Part shown: positions 28,010-41,450 of the stretch, in pieces
Position numbering within the stretch: the stretch's first letter is position 1
How the letters are laid out: each line of letters starts with the position of its first letter
NCBI GenBank assembly: GCA_951406725.2
Contig: OX597836.1
Span: forward strand, 1,426,001-1,490,000
DNA: 64,000 nucleotides
Direction: 5' to 3'
From: Octopus vulgaris
Taxonomy: Eukaryota
The notes under the pieces: model-generated
Seen by the model: the letters and a program-made list of their open reading frames with translations, nothing else
Told to the model about the DNA's origin: nothing
The model's database searches: none
Position numbers and translations under genes: made by a program

Positions 28010-28620
28010 GTCTCTCTTCCTATCTATGCTCAGACTCCATTTATGTCTCCTTTTCTAGTTCTCACCCCCCCACCCCCGCCTCATCATTACCAACAGAAAA
28101 AACGCCATCCCAGTTATAAATATCACTATCCCCACCACCACCACCGCCACCACCGCCACCACCGCCACCACCACCACCACCACCATCATCCACCACCACC
28201 ACCACCAACAACAACACCACCAACAACAACAACAACACCAACACCATCACCACCATCACCGCCACCACCGCCACCACCGCCACCACCACCACCACCGCCA
28301 CCACCGCCACCACCGCCACCACCGCCACCACCGCCACCACCGCCACCACCATCGCGTTAATCGTCACAAATGTCTTCGCAAAAAAAAAACACTCAACCCC
28401 ACCAACACACCGCCACTACCATCGATACAGCGCTCCATCACTATCACCCCCACCACCCACAGTAATCAACGACGACAACCACTACCACTACCACTACCAC
28501 CAACACAACCACCGCAAACACCCATGAACGTCCTCCTCCTCCTCCTCCTCCTCCTCCTACTACTACTACTACTACTATTACTACTCCTACTGCTACTGCT
28601 CCTGCTGCTGCTGCTGTTTC
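27640..28620. repeat. Compound (GAC)/(CAT)/(CCA)/(CCG)/(CTA) tracts
   Basis: Directly visible; source of the His/Pro-rich ORF. Confidence 0.93.
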
Positions 28621-28850
28621 TTGAGTGTTTTTTTTTCTTACCTATTTCCTCATGTTTTTCTCCTGAACTTAATACAAATGCGACGATCGAAGTGATGAGG
28701 AATTTCATGTGTGCATGTAAGGGAGAACATGTGTTTGTATGTATATATATACATATATACATGTGTGTGTATGCGTGTGTGTGCGTGTGTGTGCGTGTGT
28801 GTGCGTGTGTATACAGAAAATGCTTTTATACATATAAATGTTCATGCTTA

Positions 28851-28903
<53 letters not shown>

Positions 28904-29046
28904 ATATATATATGCATACATATGTATGTCTATATATGTGTGTACGCACATGGATATATGTAACACGCACACACACACGCATATATATATATGTGTGTGT
29001 AGGTATGTATACAAATACCTGTACATACACACACATACATACACAC

Positions 29047-29092
<46 letters not shown>

Positions 29093-29191
29093 TTATTTAT
29101 TTATATATACATATAAAAATATATATATAATTATATATATAAATATATATATATTTATATATATATATACATACACACACACATATGTATG

Positions 29192-29254
<63 letters not shown>

Positions 29255-30191
29255 TATGTAAAATTATATATATGTATATATATATATATATATACGCGCA
29301 AAAACTTCCTCACCAAGAAAAACACTAAACGATGATTCCCAGCAAAACAATCGAGTTTTATAACAAAAAAAAAAAAATGAAACAAAACTCGTAGAATAAT
29401 ATTTGAGGAAAAATATTGAAAACGTCAAAAAATGTTGAAGCAGAAAAACGAACGGAGAAATTGAAACACGGAAAAACACACGCGTGTGCATCTGCAAAAC
29501 ACATTGAGTAAATTAGCAATTATCTTAATAAAGGGTAAATGCAAAATAAAAGGAAGAAAAAAACGGAGCTTATATTTAACGAAATTATAATTTGGAGTAC
29601 ATAAAAAATTTATTAAAGATGATGGATAATATAAATAAATTAAATTTTTGAAGGAAAAAGCGAAAAGAAGAAAACTATAAAATTTCAACTGCGTTGAGGT
29701 TATGGGCGCCATCTTGAATTGTTTGTTTAAATAGGCAAAAGTGTTCTGGTTTCTTTGTGAAAGTCTATGTTCTTATGTCGATTGAATTTGGAGTGATTCA
29801 CGTCTTGCACGTTAGGTCATGTGCACATACATTTACACATGCACGTGTGTATGCATCTATATATCTATCTCTCTATATATAATATGCATACACAGACATA
29901 CGTGTATAAATGTGCATACTACGATTTACGTGTGTGTGCGCACTCAGAGGTATATGTATATTCATTTGCATATGTCCATACACACACACTCTCATTTAAA
30001 TATATATCCATGTGTGTACATATAACATATATACAGACATACACACATACAGACATACACAGATATACACGCGTAACACAACACACGCACACTTTCACAC
30101 GCACACACAAATATTCATGCATGTTTGTGTTTACATGTATGTAAGTATGTATGTATGTATGTTTCTATGTATCCATTTATATGTATGTACG

Positions 30192-30222
<31 letters not shown>

Positions 30223-30256
30223 ATTTTTCTATATACCTAGACATATAGACATGGCT

Positions 30257-30294
<38 letters not shown>

Positions 30295-31601
30295 CATACA
30301 TAAATACATACATACATACACACATATGCATACACACATATGTTCTTTCATACATATACACACCCATATACATGCTGTCTTTCATACACATAAAGAGGCA
30401 ATCATATTGCTATCAATGTACTTTCGCTCTCTATGCAGGTCTGTGTGGACGTGTATATATATATACACCCCGTTTACGATGAAGGTATATCTACACACTG
30501 TTGCATATATTTATTTCTAGAATTTCATTTTGTTGCCCATTCTGTTCTCCTCTAATTTTTTCATATTTTGTTCTTTGTTTCCTTCTTGTTTTACTTCCTT
30601 CATCTCCCCTTCTCCCCTTCTCCTGCCTCCTCCTCCTCATATTATTATTATTATTATTATTACTTTCATCATCGTCATTATCATCATCAGCATCCTCCTC
30701 CTCCTTCTTCTCATCGTCATCGTCCATCATTATCATCGTCATCATCAGTACCTCATGGCAGTTTCCTTGTTTTTCTACTTCCGTTCCCAATATATTTCAA
30801 ATTACTCACCTTTTCTTCTTCTTCTTCTTCTTCTTCTTCTTCTTCTTCTTCTTCTTCTTCTTCTTCTTCTACTTCTTCTACATCTTCTTCTTCTTCTTCC
30901 CCCTTCTCTCTCTCTCCCAAGCAATCAGATCACCGCTAGGTGTCTCCATACTCTACATAACTTATTTCGCATTTTTCCATCTATTTTTTCCTGAAAGGAA
31001 TACACCCAAACCCTTCCATCTTCCATCCCCGCTCCCTACAAACCAACCAACCAACAACAACAAAAGCCTAAGCACAACAAACACATATCGCAAACAGCAG
31101 CTCTAAAAATAATCGAAAAAAACTGTTTATTTTCCAATAAATGAAAGTTAGAGAGACAAAAAGAAACTCACGTTCGGAAAAAAGAAATGGAAGACAAAAA
31201 TTTACGTTTATTTTTGAAAGTAAAATTTTGTATGTTTGTAATTCTTCATAGAAATTCATTATTTTTCCTCCCAAATACACAGAAAATTAGCAATTATCTT
31301 GGTAACGGCAAAATGTAAATTAGTTTATATTTTAACGAATTAAAAAAACCGAAAACATATACGCATATATATACATATATAAAATAAAGGGGGGAATTAT
31401 AATTAGACGAGTTTGTACAAAGAAAATAAATAAATTTAGGAGAAATTTTAAAACAGCTACAAAAAAATAAATCAGTAAATATTATGTATGTATATATATA
31501 TGTGTGTATGTGTGTGAAGGTGTACATATACAGATACATACATGCGTACATATGTAAGGGCATACCTGTCTCTACATGTACCTATATATGTGTGTGTGTT
31601 T

Positions 31602-31632
<31 letters not shown>

Positions 31633-32002
31633 CGTTCCTATCTCAGAATGTGAAGTAATGTAGTCTGTTGCATTCGCCATTTTGTTTTGTTTTGAGGTAT
31701 AAGAATTGTTTTTTATACTCAAAGCTATGTCCCCGATATACTGTGACGACAACGACGACGACGATGACGATGATGATGATGGTGGTGGTGGTGATTATGA
31801 TGGTGATGACGATGATGACGATTATGTTCGATGACAATGATGAACAAGTTGCTGGTGATGGTGATGACAATGACGATGATGATGGTGATGTTTATGGTAT
31901 GCTTGATTCTTGTTGTTATTGATGTTATTATTTTGGTGATGATGTTGATAATGGTAATAATGATGATGATGTTGCTAATGATGAAGCGTTCTCTCTGTTG
32001 AC

Positions 32003-32061
32003 TGATTAATGACGTCACTATTTTTGTGTCCCGCGTAAATGAAAGCAACTGTGACGTCGTT
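32003..32061. promoter_or_regulatory. Candidate enhancer motifs (TGATTAAT overlapping a full CRE, plus a second CRE-like site)
   Basis: TGATTAATGACGTCA at 32003-32017 and TGACGTCG near 32053, within a CpG-containing unique island. Motif matches only. Confidence 0.3.
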
Positions 32062-32229
32062 GTCTAATCTTTGTCCTTGTAAATATATTCCGCATCGCTG
32101 ACACCTTAAAGACGTATCCGTCAGACACCGACGGATATATCGACACAATATATCTAAAACCAACCCTGGGTGGTGATGGCCACTGCTGAAATATGTTGCA
32201 TTAGAGATCGACACAAAAAAAGAAGGATC

Positions 32230-32480
32230 TTGGCCAACACAACATACATAATATTATTATCGACCAAAATATTAACGGAACAACTCTTCTAGAAATAACA
32301 GCGAATTCCCGCTGGAAACTAATGTTAGTATCTCACAGAAAGGACAAGCATAAATATTCGAGGAACTCATTCTGTAATGTCGTAATAAACTTCATGTGCC
32401 GGTAAATGGACGGATTGTTTATTGGTGGAAAAATCTTTGCTCTGTTTTGAACTCTAACAAAAGACCATCATACAAATCAT
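32230..32480 (+). mobile_element. Possible decayed RLE endonuclease fragment
   Basis: NIIID...TLLEIT(frameshift)PLETNVSISQ...EELI resembles PDIvi...lxELTVPxExN....RKxxKYxxL. Confidence 0.4.
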
Positions 32481-32824
32481 GAAGAACACAACAATTCCTC
32501 TCCATTCCGTAACCCGAACCCATTTCCTTGAACCAGTGTTTTGATGCCTATTTAGGATTTAAGCCTAAACCGTCAACAAATTCAAGTCAAATTTAATAAT
32601 GATCTCTTTCTCTGTAGTACTAAATAAAGAAATAAAGTATAATAATAATTCAAAATGGCTGACAAAGTTTTGTCATCCGAAACGTCAATATTCAGCCCCA
32701 CTCACAGACAATATCATTCAAGATTATTCAACGTTTTGACATTCATTATTTACTTGAGGTCGAGGGTTCTAATTAAGTTGTTGTTATTAATTGCATTTAA
32801 TATGTTGTCCGTAAATGCTAAATG

Positions 32825-33035
32825 CAGTGAGCTAGCGGAATCGTTAGCACGCTTGGCAGAATGCTTAGCGATATTTCTGAGTTCAAATTCTACTCGGGGC
32901 AACTTTGTCTTTCATCCTTTCAGCAATTCGACAAAGTAAGTTTATAGCCGTACCGTGTGATTGATCCAATCGATTGGTTGATACAATCGATTTCCTTCCC
33001 TCACACTAAATTTCATTGAGCCTTTACTAAAAGGT
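32825..33035 (+). mobile_element. SINE family B copy
   Basis: CAGTGAGCTAGCGGAATCGTTAGCACG...GAGTTCAAATTC...CTTTCATCCTTTC. Confidence 0.8.
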
Positions 33036-33491
33036 TTTGTTGTTTTTGTTGCTGCTGTTATTAGTATTATTCTTATTTTTCTACCTTTTCTTTTTCTACT
33101 TTTTGTTATTGTTGGTGGAGGTCTTCTTCTTCTTCTTCTTCTTCTTCTTCTTCTTCTTCTTCTTCTTCTTCTTCTTCTTCTTCTTCTTCTTCTTCTTCTT
33201 CTTCGCATTCTCTTTTATCTGGTATCACTTACTTTTGGCGAGGTGTTACAGCTTTGTTTTATACTAATTGCCACTACAGGTAAGGCGACGGGTAGCGGCA
33301 GTTCTTTCATAATACCCTTATACCCGATCACTAAACACTTGTAACACACCAGGGTGCCGTCGACTTTGGGTGGATTGCAAATATCTCTATTTTCAGCAGA
33401 GACAATGGAATGCGATTAAAGATTTTGGGAAGTAGGGATACAAAGCGAACACATACGAGTGCGAGTGTGCGAGTGTGCGTGTGTGCGTGTT

Positions 33492-33523
<32 letters not shown>

Positions 33524-34162
33524 AATAATTCTACCTGTGCGTAATTGCATTATCTACCTGTGCATTGTATGGCATAATGGGAGCGTTTCCGTGTGGAGGA
33601 ACGAGGATGGATGGAGGTAAAGCCTGCTGGGTGCCTCACAGAGATTATTATCAGGGATACCTTTTGAAAACACTAACATCATTAACCTTAATAAAACAAC
33701 TGCTATAGACTCTACCATGACCACCACCATCTAACAACATCGAAACCTATATTAGTGTCGCCAAACTTTCAAGAAATAACGCTACTATCCACGATTACCA
33801 CCACCAACAACTGCACCAACAACGGCAGTAGCATCATCACTACCACCTCCACCAGCACACACCACCGCAGCCCCATCCACACCACCACACCTCAATCCAC
33901 CCCCACCTCACCCCCATCCACCCTAAACCAACACCGCCAGCAATAAAAAGGCCTGTCATCACTACCATCAGTGCAACCGTCAACATACTGTCGTCACCAC
34001 CGCCATCAGCAATATAAATACCAGCCTACCATGCCCACCACCACCTCCACTAACATCATCAACAACAAAATAGCTACAATAGCAACAACACCAACTACAA
34101 AAGCAGCAAATAAATATCTTATTAGGTCACGTTGACTTTATCAGAATCATTAATTGTAAAAG

Positions 34163-34402
34163 AAGGCGAGTCAGACGTTGCGAGTCAGACATTATGAGTT
34201 AGACATTTTGCTTATCGACGTTTTTTCTGACTCTTTACGTTCTGGGTTCAAATTCCACTGATGGCACAATTTATCTTTCATCTTTTCGGGGGTCGATAAA
34301 ATAGAGTACCACTCCAGTGGTGGAGTCGATGTAATCGACTTGACCTGCCCCTTAAAAAAAAAACAAATTATAAATGCTGGCCTTGTGCCAAAATTCGAAG
34401 CC
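34163..34402 (+). mobile_element. SINE family B copy
   Basis: TTTACGTTCTGGGTTCAAATTCC...CTTTCATCTTTTCGGGGGTCGATAAAATAGAGTACC...GTCGATGTAATCGACT...GGCCTTGTGCC. Confidence 0.85.
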
Positions 34403-34605
34403 ATTGAATATAATCGTACAAAACAAGATATGATAACCATGATCATGATGATAATGTCGAAGATGCTGACGATTATACTTTAGAAAATAATTGTTTCAAA
34501 TTTGGCACTAAATCGACAATTGTAGAAGGATGGGGGACAGTGGATCACATTCGACGTTCCCCCCACCCCAATACAAAGATTCAGCCATCTTGGCTGCGTA
34601 TTATA

Positions 34606-34727
34606 AAGAAGAAGAAGAAGAAGAAGAAGAAGAAGAAGAAGAAGAAGAAGAAGAAGAAGAAGAAGAAGAAGAAGAAGAAGAAGAAGAAGAAGAAGAAGAA
34701 GAAGAAGAAGAAGAAGAAGAAGAAGAA
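34606..34727. repeat. Pure (GAA)n, about 40 units
   Basis: Uninterrupted ~122-bp run. Confidence 0.98.
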
Positions 34728-34734
34728 TAGTTGA

Positions 34735-34840
34735 TAGCATCGAAGCCCGTACTTGACACGTCCTCTATTTCATCGACTCCGAAAGGCTGAAAAGCAAAGT
34801 TGACTTCCTCAAGGTTTGAATGCGAAATGTAAAAAATGCG
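34735..34840 (-). mobile_element. SINE family B core fragment
   Basis: TTTCATCGACTCCGAAAGGCTGAAAAGCAAAGTTGAC...TTTGAA. Confidence 0.65.
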
Positions 34841-34985
34841 AAGTCTTACATGTTGATATCCCTTGATTCTTGATTAATCCGTATCACAAAATTATATATG
34901 CCTTTACACACACGCATACGCACACAGACACACAGACACAAACACACAGAGATGTATGTATATATATATATAAGTGTACATATAT

Positions 34986-35040
<55 letters not shown>

Positions 35041-35188
35041 TATCCCTGTATCCGCACGCATACCCTTACACGCACGTAAATATATAAATTCGTGCACAAA
35101 GCAAGAATTGGTGCGGTACATTTATCCATCGAATGGTGCACCTAATAAACTGTTGTTACACGATATCATTGCAGATCTACAAATCTAT

Positions 35189-35237
35189 AACAATCTGAAG
35201 ATCAACGATGGAAATCTCCGAATAAATGCTTATTGTA
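35189..35237 (+). ncRNA. Degenerate type I hammerhead-like motif
   Basis: ACAAT-CTGAAGA-...GGA-AATC-TCC-GAAT-AAATGCT-TA-TTGT; GAAA box mutated. Lies in a TA-flanked block. Confidence 0.35.
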
Positions 35238-35311
35238 ACATGTCTATTCGTGCATGTGTTGGTACATACGCATATATATACATATATATACATACATATA
35301 TATACACATAC

Positions 35312-35366
<55 letters not shown>

Positions 35367-35394
35367 TGCATGTATATATATATGTATAATCTTT

Positions 35395-35803
35395 CTTTTA
35401 CTCTTTTTACTTGTTTCAGTCATTTGACTGCGGCCATGCTGGAGCACCGCCTTTAGTCGAGCAAATCGACCCCGGGACTTATTCTTTGTAAGCTCAATAC
35501 TTATTCTATCAGTCTCTTTTGCCGAACCGCTAAGTAACGGGGACATTAACACACCAGCATCGGTTGTCAAGCAATGCTAGGGGGACAAACACAGACACAC
35601 AAACATATACACACACATACATATATATATACATATATACGACGGGCTTCTTTCAGTTTCCGTCTACCAAATCCACTCACAAGGCATTGGTCGACCCGAG
35701 GCAACAGTAGAAGACACTTGCCCAAGGTGCCACGCAGTGGGACTGAACCCGGAACCGTGTGGTTGGTAAACAAGCTACTTACCACACAGCCACTCCTGCG
35801 CCT
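35395..35803 (-). mobile_element. Full-length tRNA-derived SINE family A (octopus OK/OR-like)
   Basis: Reverse strand: AGGCGCAGGAGTGGCTGTGTGG (A box)...GGTTCAGTCCC (B box)...CCTTGGGCAAGTG (CORE-like)...internal TA/TG microsatellite...tail ACAAGTAAAAAGAG. Family naming is from recall. Confidence 0.93.
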
Positions 35804-36627
35804 TTCTCTATATGTATACATATATGTATGTATATATGTATGTGTATATATATGTATATATGTATATATATGAATGTATATGTACGCATGATTCTTTTCC
35901 CGCTGTCTCTTTTTCTCTCCTTCCTCTCTATCTCTCTCTCTCTCTCTCTACGCGCAAACATATGTGTGCGTGTGTGTGCGTATGTTGGTAGAAACGTTTG
36001 TATATAAAAATATACTGAATGCCTATATATATATATATATATCAATATACATACGTAAAGTTATATATACTTGCATATATGCACGTACAGAAAACGTCTC
36101 ACCCAGAGACAGAGAGACAGAGACAGAGAGAGTGAAAAGAGAGAGATAGAGAGCCAGAAGAGAAAGAGACAGATGGAAGAAGAAGAAGAAGAGAGAGAGA
36201 GAAAGAGAGAGGAGAGAGACATGGGGGGAGATATAGAGAGATGAAGCAGAACGGTGTTACGTGGCAATATATAAGAGATAACAACGAAAAGACTGAGTTT
36301 TATGTTAGAACAGCGTCTGTCGAAAGAGTTAATGATGGAAGCAAGAACCTTCTGGTGCCACATAAAACAGGTTTGTTAGAACCAACATTAGCAGGGCGTC
36401 CCACTGTCTTTAATTACCAACATCTCTAATAATTACTCTAAACAAGATTCCACAGCTGTACAACGGTGGTTCGTGTTTCTAATCTTAGCTTGGGTTACAA
36501 GATGTCGGTCTTTTATTTATTGCTGTATCTTTGGGGGTCTCTTCACAATGTAGTTTTGATATCTGTCTACTGGCTTTTTTCGTATAAAATCAAAAGATAA
36601 AACAGATATGCACATTCCATGCACGTG

Positions 36628-36662
<35 letters not shown>

Positions 36663-36785
36663 ATGTGTGTGTGTGTGTGCATGTGCATGTATATATATAT
36701 ATGTGTGTGTGTGTGCATGCATATATATATACAGATACACAAACATATTGTTTTTCTCATTTTATGTGTACACATGTATAAATAC

Positions 36786-36787
<2 letters not shown>

Positions 36788-36881
<94 letters not shown>

Positions 36882-36885
36882 TCTA

Positions 36886-36976
<91 letters not shown>

Positions 36977-37038
36977 GTATATATGTATATATATACGTAT
37001 ACATATGTGTATATATATATATATACATAAATTCATCC

Positions 37039-37092
<54 letters not shown>

Positions 37093-37172
37093 ATATATAC
37101 GTATACATATGTGTATATATATATATGTATACATATACATAAATATATCCATATACATATATATATATATAT

Positions 37173-37230
<58 letters not shown>
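36788..37230. repeat. Long interrupted (TA)n array
   Basis: Directly visible. Confidence 0.97.
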
Positions 37231-37231
<1 letters not shown>

Positions 37232-37574
37232 TGTATGCATGTGTATATAGATATATATATGCCATGCTTATACAAAGTATTCATGCGTGTATGTGTGTCT
37301 ATGTATTTGTGTGTATGTGTGTGTGTGTGTGTGAGTATTCAATTATGCGAGGTGATAAAACATCTGGAAACCAATGTCTACAGGTGAATGTGAAAGTCGG
37401 AGCGGTAATTAAATTGTATGGAATTTCTCAAAAGTCATTAACATAATAGAACATCACCGAACCATTCCAACCATTTTATGACTTGCTCTATATCTTGCCT
37501 CGTTACAAACCAACTTGCTACTCTGCTACCGCTACTAGTTCTACCAATAAGCCAAATGTAATAGCTGTATATGA

Positions 37575-37790
37575 TTTATCTTTTACTTTGTTGAGCCATT
37601 AGACTGCGGCCATGCTGGGGCACCACATTGAAGAATTAATCAACCCACGAACTTATATTTAAAAAAAACTTTTGTTTATTGTATCGGTCAATTTTGCCGA
37701 ACCACTAAGTTGTGGGTACCTACATTGGTTGCCAAGGGGTGGTCCAGGACAAACACAGGCACGAAGACACACGCACAGGGCATAGGTCTA

Positions 37791-37826
<36 letters not shown>

Positions 37827-37991
37827 ATATACACGACGGGATTCTTTTAGTTTCCGTTTACCAAATCCACTCACAAAGCTTTGGTCCACCCGAAGGTATA
37901 ATAGAAGACATTTGCCCAAGTGTCACGCAGTGCCAATGTGCCCGGAACCATGTGGTCGGGAAGCGAACTACTTACCTTATTGCCACGCCTG
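37575..37991 (-). mobile_element. Diverged near full-length SINE family A
   Basis: Colinear with 35395-35803, including CCAAATCCACTCACAA and CCGGAACCATGTGG. Confidence 0.88.
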
Positions 37992-38040
37992 TATACATAT
38001 GTACATATATATGTAGATTGATGCATACACACACACAAAT

Positions 38041-38078
<38 letters not shown>

Positions 38079-38364
38079 ATAGACAGTCGCTCAGAGTTAT
38101 AAGATATACGTTTGCGCAGCAGGTTACGCAGTGATTAACTTGAGCGAGTTATTTTACACCGAAGCGCTGAACAAATATTCTTCAACTTATGAATTACTCG
38201 GTTTGACGCTCTTCCTTTCTCCTCCACCTCACTTTCTCTCACCCTCAATCTCTCAATCTCCCTCTCACTCTCTGTCTGTCTGTCTGTCTGTCTGTGTCTC
38301 TCTGCCCCTCTTATTCTCATATACGTGTACACACACACATATAAATACATATGTACGTATATAA

Positions 38365-38423
<59 letters not shown>

Positions 38424-38425
38424 AC

Positions 38426-38480
38426 AACTTATAAACAAGGGCAAAAGAAAATTATTTTCTTTTGCCCTTATTTATAAGTT
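38426..38480. repeat. Near-perfect palindrome directly after a (TA)n tract
   Basis: AACTTATAAACAAGGGCAAAAGAAAAT-T-ATTTTCTTTTGCCCTTATTTATAAGTT. Confidence 0.85.
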
Positions 38481-38566
38481 ATTTATAATTTTAACCTTTA
38501 AAGGTACTTTAATATGCTGCCACTTTTTTGGTGAACTTTTTTTCTGTAAAAAACTTCATCCTATAT

Positions 38567-38607
<41 letters not shown>

Positions 38608-38867
38608 TATACACACATATATATATATACACACTCTGAATAAGAGTGAAGTAGTTATGCTGATGAAATACGATTGGTCATGGTATATTTGTATGTATAA
38701 AATAAACATATTTATGCACACAGACACAGGAATACACACGCGCATATAGATTGATATATATATAATGTAAATATATTCAGAAGACAATCACATACAGGCA
38801 TATAGACAAATATATTTACGTAGAACATAAAATATACCGAATATTAAAGGGAGAATACATTTCTTTT

Positions 38868-38928
38868 TATCTCGCCAGCTGTTTCTGGAAGCTCGGAACT
38901 ACGCAATATTCTTAATTCCTAGCAGATG
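38868..38928 (-). ncRNA. Degenerate hammerhead-like motif related to 54729-54776
   Basis: Reverse strand CTGCTA-GGAA...TTCC-A-GAAA-CAGCTG-GC-GAGAT: intact GAAA and palindromic CAGCTG stem III, but the CUGANGA box and cleavage triplet are damaged. Confidence 0.4.
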
Positions 38929-39017
38929 GAAAGCATAAAATGTCAAGGATATGCGACCAATGAATAGTCACAATGAGATATCATTATAAAAGCAGTTTCC
39001 TTCAACAGAATTATAGA

Positions 39018-39232
39018 GGGCAGCTAGCTACCAGAATCGTTACCAGAATCGGAGAAAGTGCTTAGCGGCATTTCGTTCGTCTTTGTGATCTATGTTCAAA
39101 TTCTACTATGGCTGAATATGCCTTCTACCCGTTCGTTATCAATAAAATACGTATCATTTGATGTCTGGCGGCAGATGCAACCGATTTTACACCTTCTTAG
39201 AAACTGTTCGCCTGGAGCCAAAAACTGAAGCC
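39018..39232 (+). mobile_element. SINE family B copy, diverged
   Basis: CAGAATCGTTA...GCTTAGCGGCATTTCGT...GTTCAAATTC...GCCTTCTACCCGTTCG. Confidence 0.7.
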
Positions 39233-39589
39233 AATATACGCGCACACTATATGGCTACACACACATTCACATACACACACACACGTGCACGCGCGCACAC
39301 ACTTGTGCATACGCTACTAGAACAAACGCACATCGATGTTACACATAAGTGTTTACACACATACACACAGGCACACACACATCTAATGGCCCCTTACACA
39401 TGTACTATATGTAGTATCACACACACATATATATACACATTCATACACACAATATACCTAAATACAAAGAACACTCCACTCCACACAATACACACGCTGG
39501 TTTACTTATACACACACGCACTCCCATACACACGCACATGTTCACATAATTTAAGTTCAACCATCCAACCATCCTCTTCCAAGGAAGTT

Positions 39590-39800
<211 letters not shown>

Positions 39801-39850
39801 TCTCTATATATATACTTATATATATATACTTATATATATACATTTATATA

Positions 39851-39893
<43 letters not shown>

Positions 39894-40349
39894 TATATAT
39901 ATATATAATCTCCATAAGTTTTCCGTTGTATCTATCTAACTGTTCGTGTATTCTTTTATAGAGAACGCTGCCTATCAATTCATTGGAATAATATAATATT
40001 TACGAAAAGAAAGCAATAATCAAAGTTTCATTTATTCAGATAATTTTTCAATAATTTTAATATATTTTTCTCTCTAAAAATATGGTCTTTAAGACTTTTC
40101 TCAACTAAACGACTAATTTTAATTAACAGAGCATTTTGGAAAATTTTAACTGTGAGATAGTATTGTCTAAATCTTCCTCTTTTCTCTGTTTCCATCTCTC
40201 CTTTCCCTTTATATTTTTCAATAATTAATGCTTTGTCACAATTTCCACTCTTTCGTGTTTATCGCAGTTTATCCGACGAACAGCAAAGAAGAAAATCACG
40301 TTTGCTGTTTTTGTGTATCTATAGTTCTAAGCTTATTTTGATTTATTCT

Positions 40350-40701
40350 GTTACTTGTTTCAGTTATTTGACTGCGGCCATACTGGAGCAACACCTTTAG
40401 TCGAACAAATCGACCCCAAGACTTATTTTTTGTATGCCTAATACTTATCCTATGTTACGGGGACGTAAACACCAACATCGGTTGTCAAGCGATAGTGGAC
40501 AAATACAGATAAAAATACATACATACATATAAAGACATATATACGACGAGCTTCTGTCAGTGTTAGTCTACCAAATCCACTCAGAAGGCTTTCGTCTGCT
40601 CGAGGCCATATTAGAAGTCACTTGCCCAAGGTGCTACGCAGTGGGACCGAATCCGGGACCATGTGGTTGGTAAGCAAGCTTCTTACCCCAAAGTCACTCC
40701 T
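40350..40701 (-). mobile_element. SINE family A, near full-length with an internal deletion
   Basis: Colinear with 35395-35803. Confidence 0.9.
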
Positions 40702-41084
40702 TCATAAACTGTACAAATAAATGTCGATGGAATGGAAAATAAAGAATAATGTTACAAGCAACAATAAGATTATTAATGAGATTTTTCCAGTATCTAAACG
40801 AGAGACAAATCACAATGTTTCAAAAAACAAATTGTTTTCAGTCAACAACGAATTAGCGATCAAAATATGCTTCACACAAAACAAACTGCATTCGTACACA
40901 ATTATTGCACAAAAAGATGTTAAACGCGACTTTCTCAAATATAAGTAACAAAGTTGATACTCAAAACTCTCTCTTTGTAACGTACGTGATGTCTAACACA
41001 TAAGCACACATAAACACACACATACGCACACACACAGTCACATGCATGTATGTATGCGTGCATGCATGTATGCCTCTTCTATTT

Positions 41085-41450
41085 TTAATTATTATAAATC
41101 TTCCACTGAGGAGGGAGCCCGTTTCCAACAAAGATACAAGGCTTTATATTTAGAATGTAATTAACACACACAAATTCACATTTAGAACTTGAGAAAAGTC
41201 TTGCAGATTTTTACTGTTCCACTCACAGATTGCACTCGTAATCTACGAGTCAGCCGGTCGACGTCTCTTTCTGAAAATCCCAGTTTATCCCGATTCGTCT
41301 TTACGCATTTACTAACAAAACCTAGTGCTCCGATTATTATTGGTATGAATATGAATTCATATTCTGGATATAGAAGCTGGAGGTTTCGAAGCAGTTGTCC
41401 ATAGATACCTCCTTTTCTTTGATTTTCAAAGGGATATTTATATCTTCGGG
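41085..41450 (-). mobile_element. RLE non-LTR retrotransposon 3' end (R4/CRE-like)
   Basis: YGQLLRNLQLLYPEYEFIFIPIIIGALGFV...LRVQSVSGTVKICKTFLKF* is an RLE C-terminus (PIIIGALG...GTxKI), followed by a UTR ending in TATAATAATT. Confidence 0.85.

Noticed and set aside
27611-28360. His/Pro-rich ORF (also 1151-1753, 41888-42640, 47722-48402)
   Set aside because: Pure trinucleotide expansions with no unique coding context or convincing splice structure.
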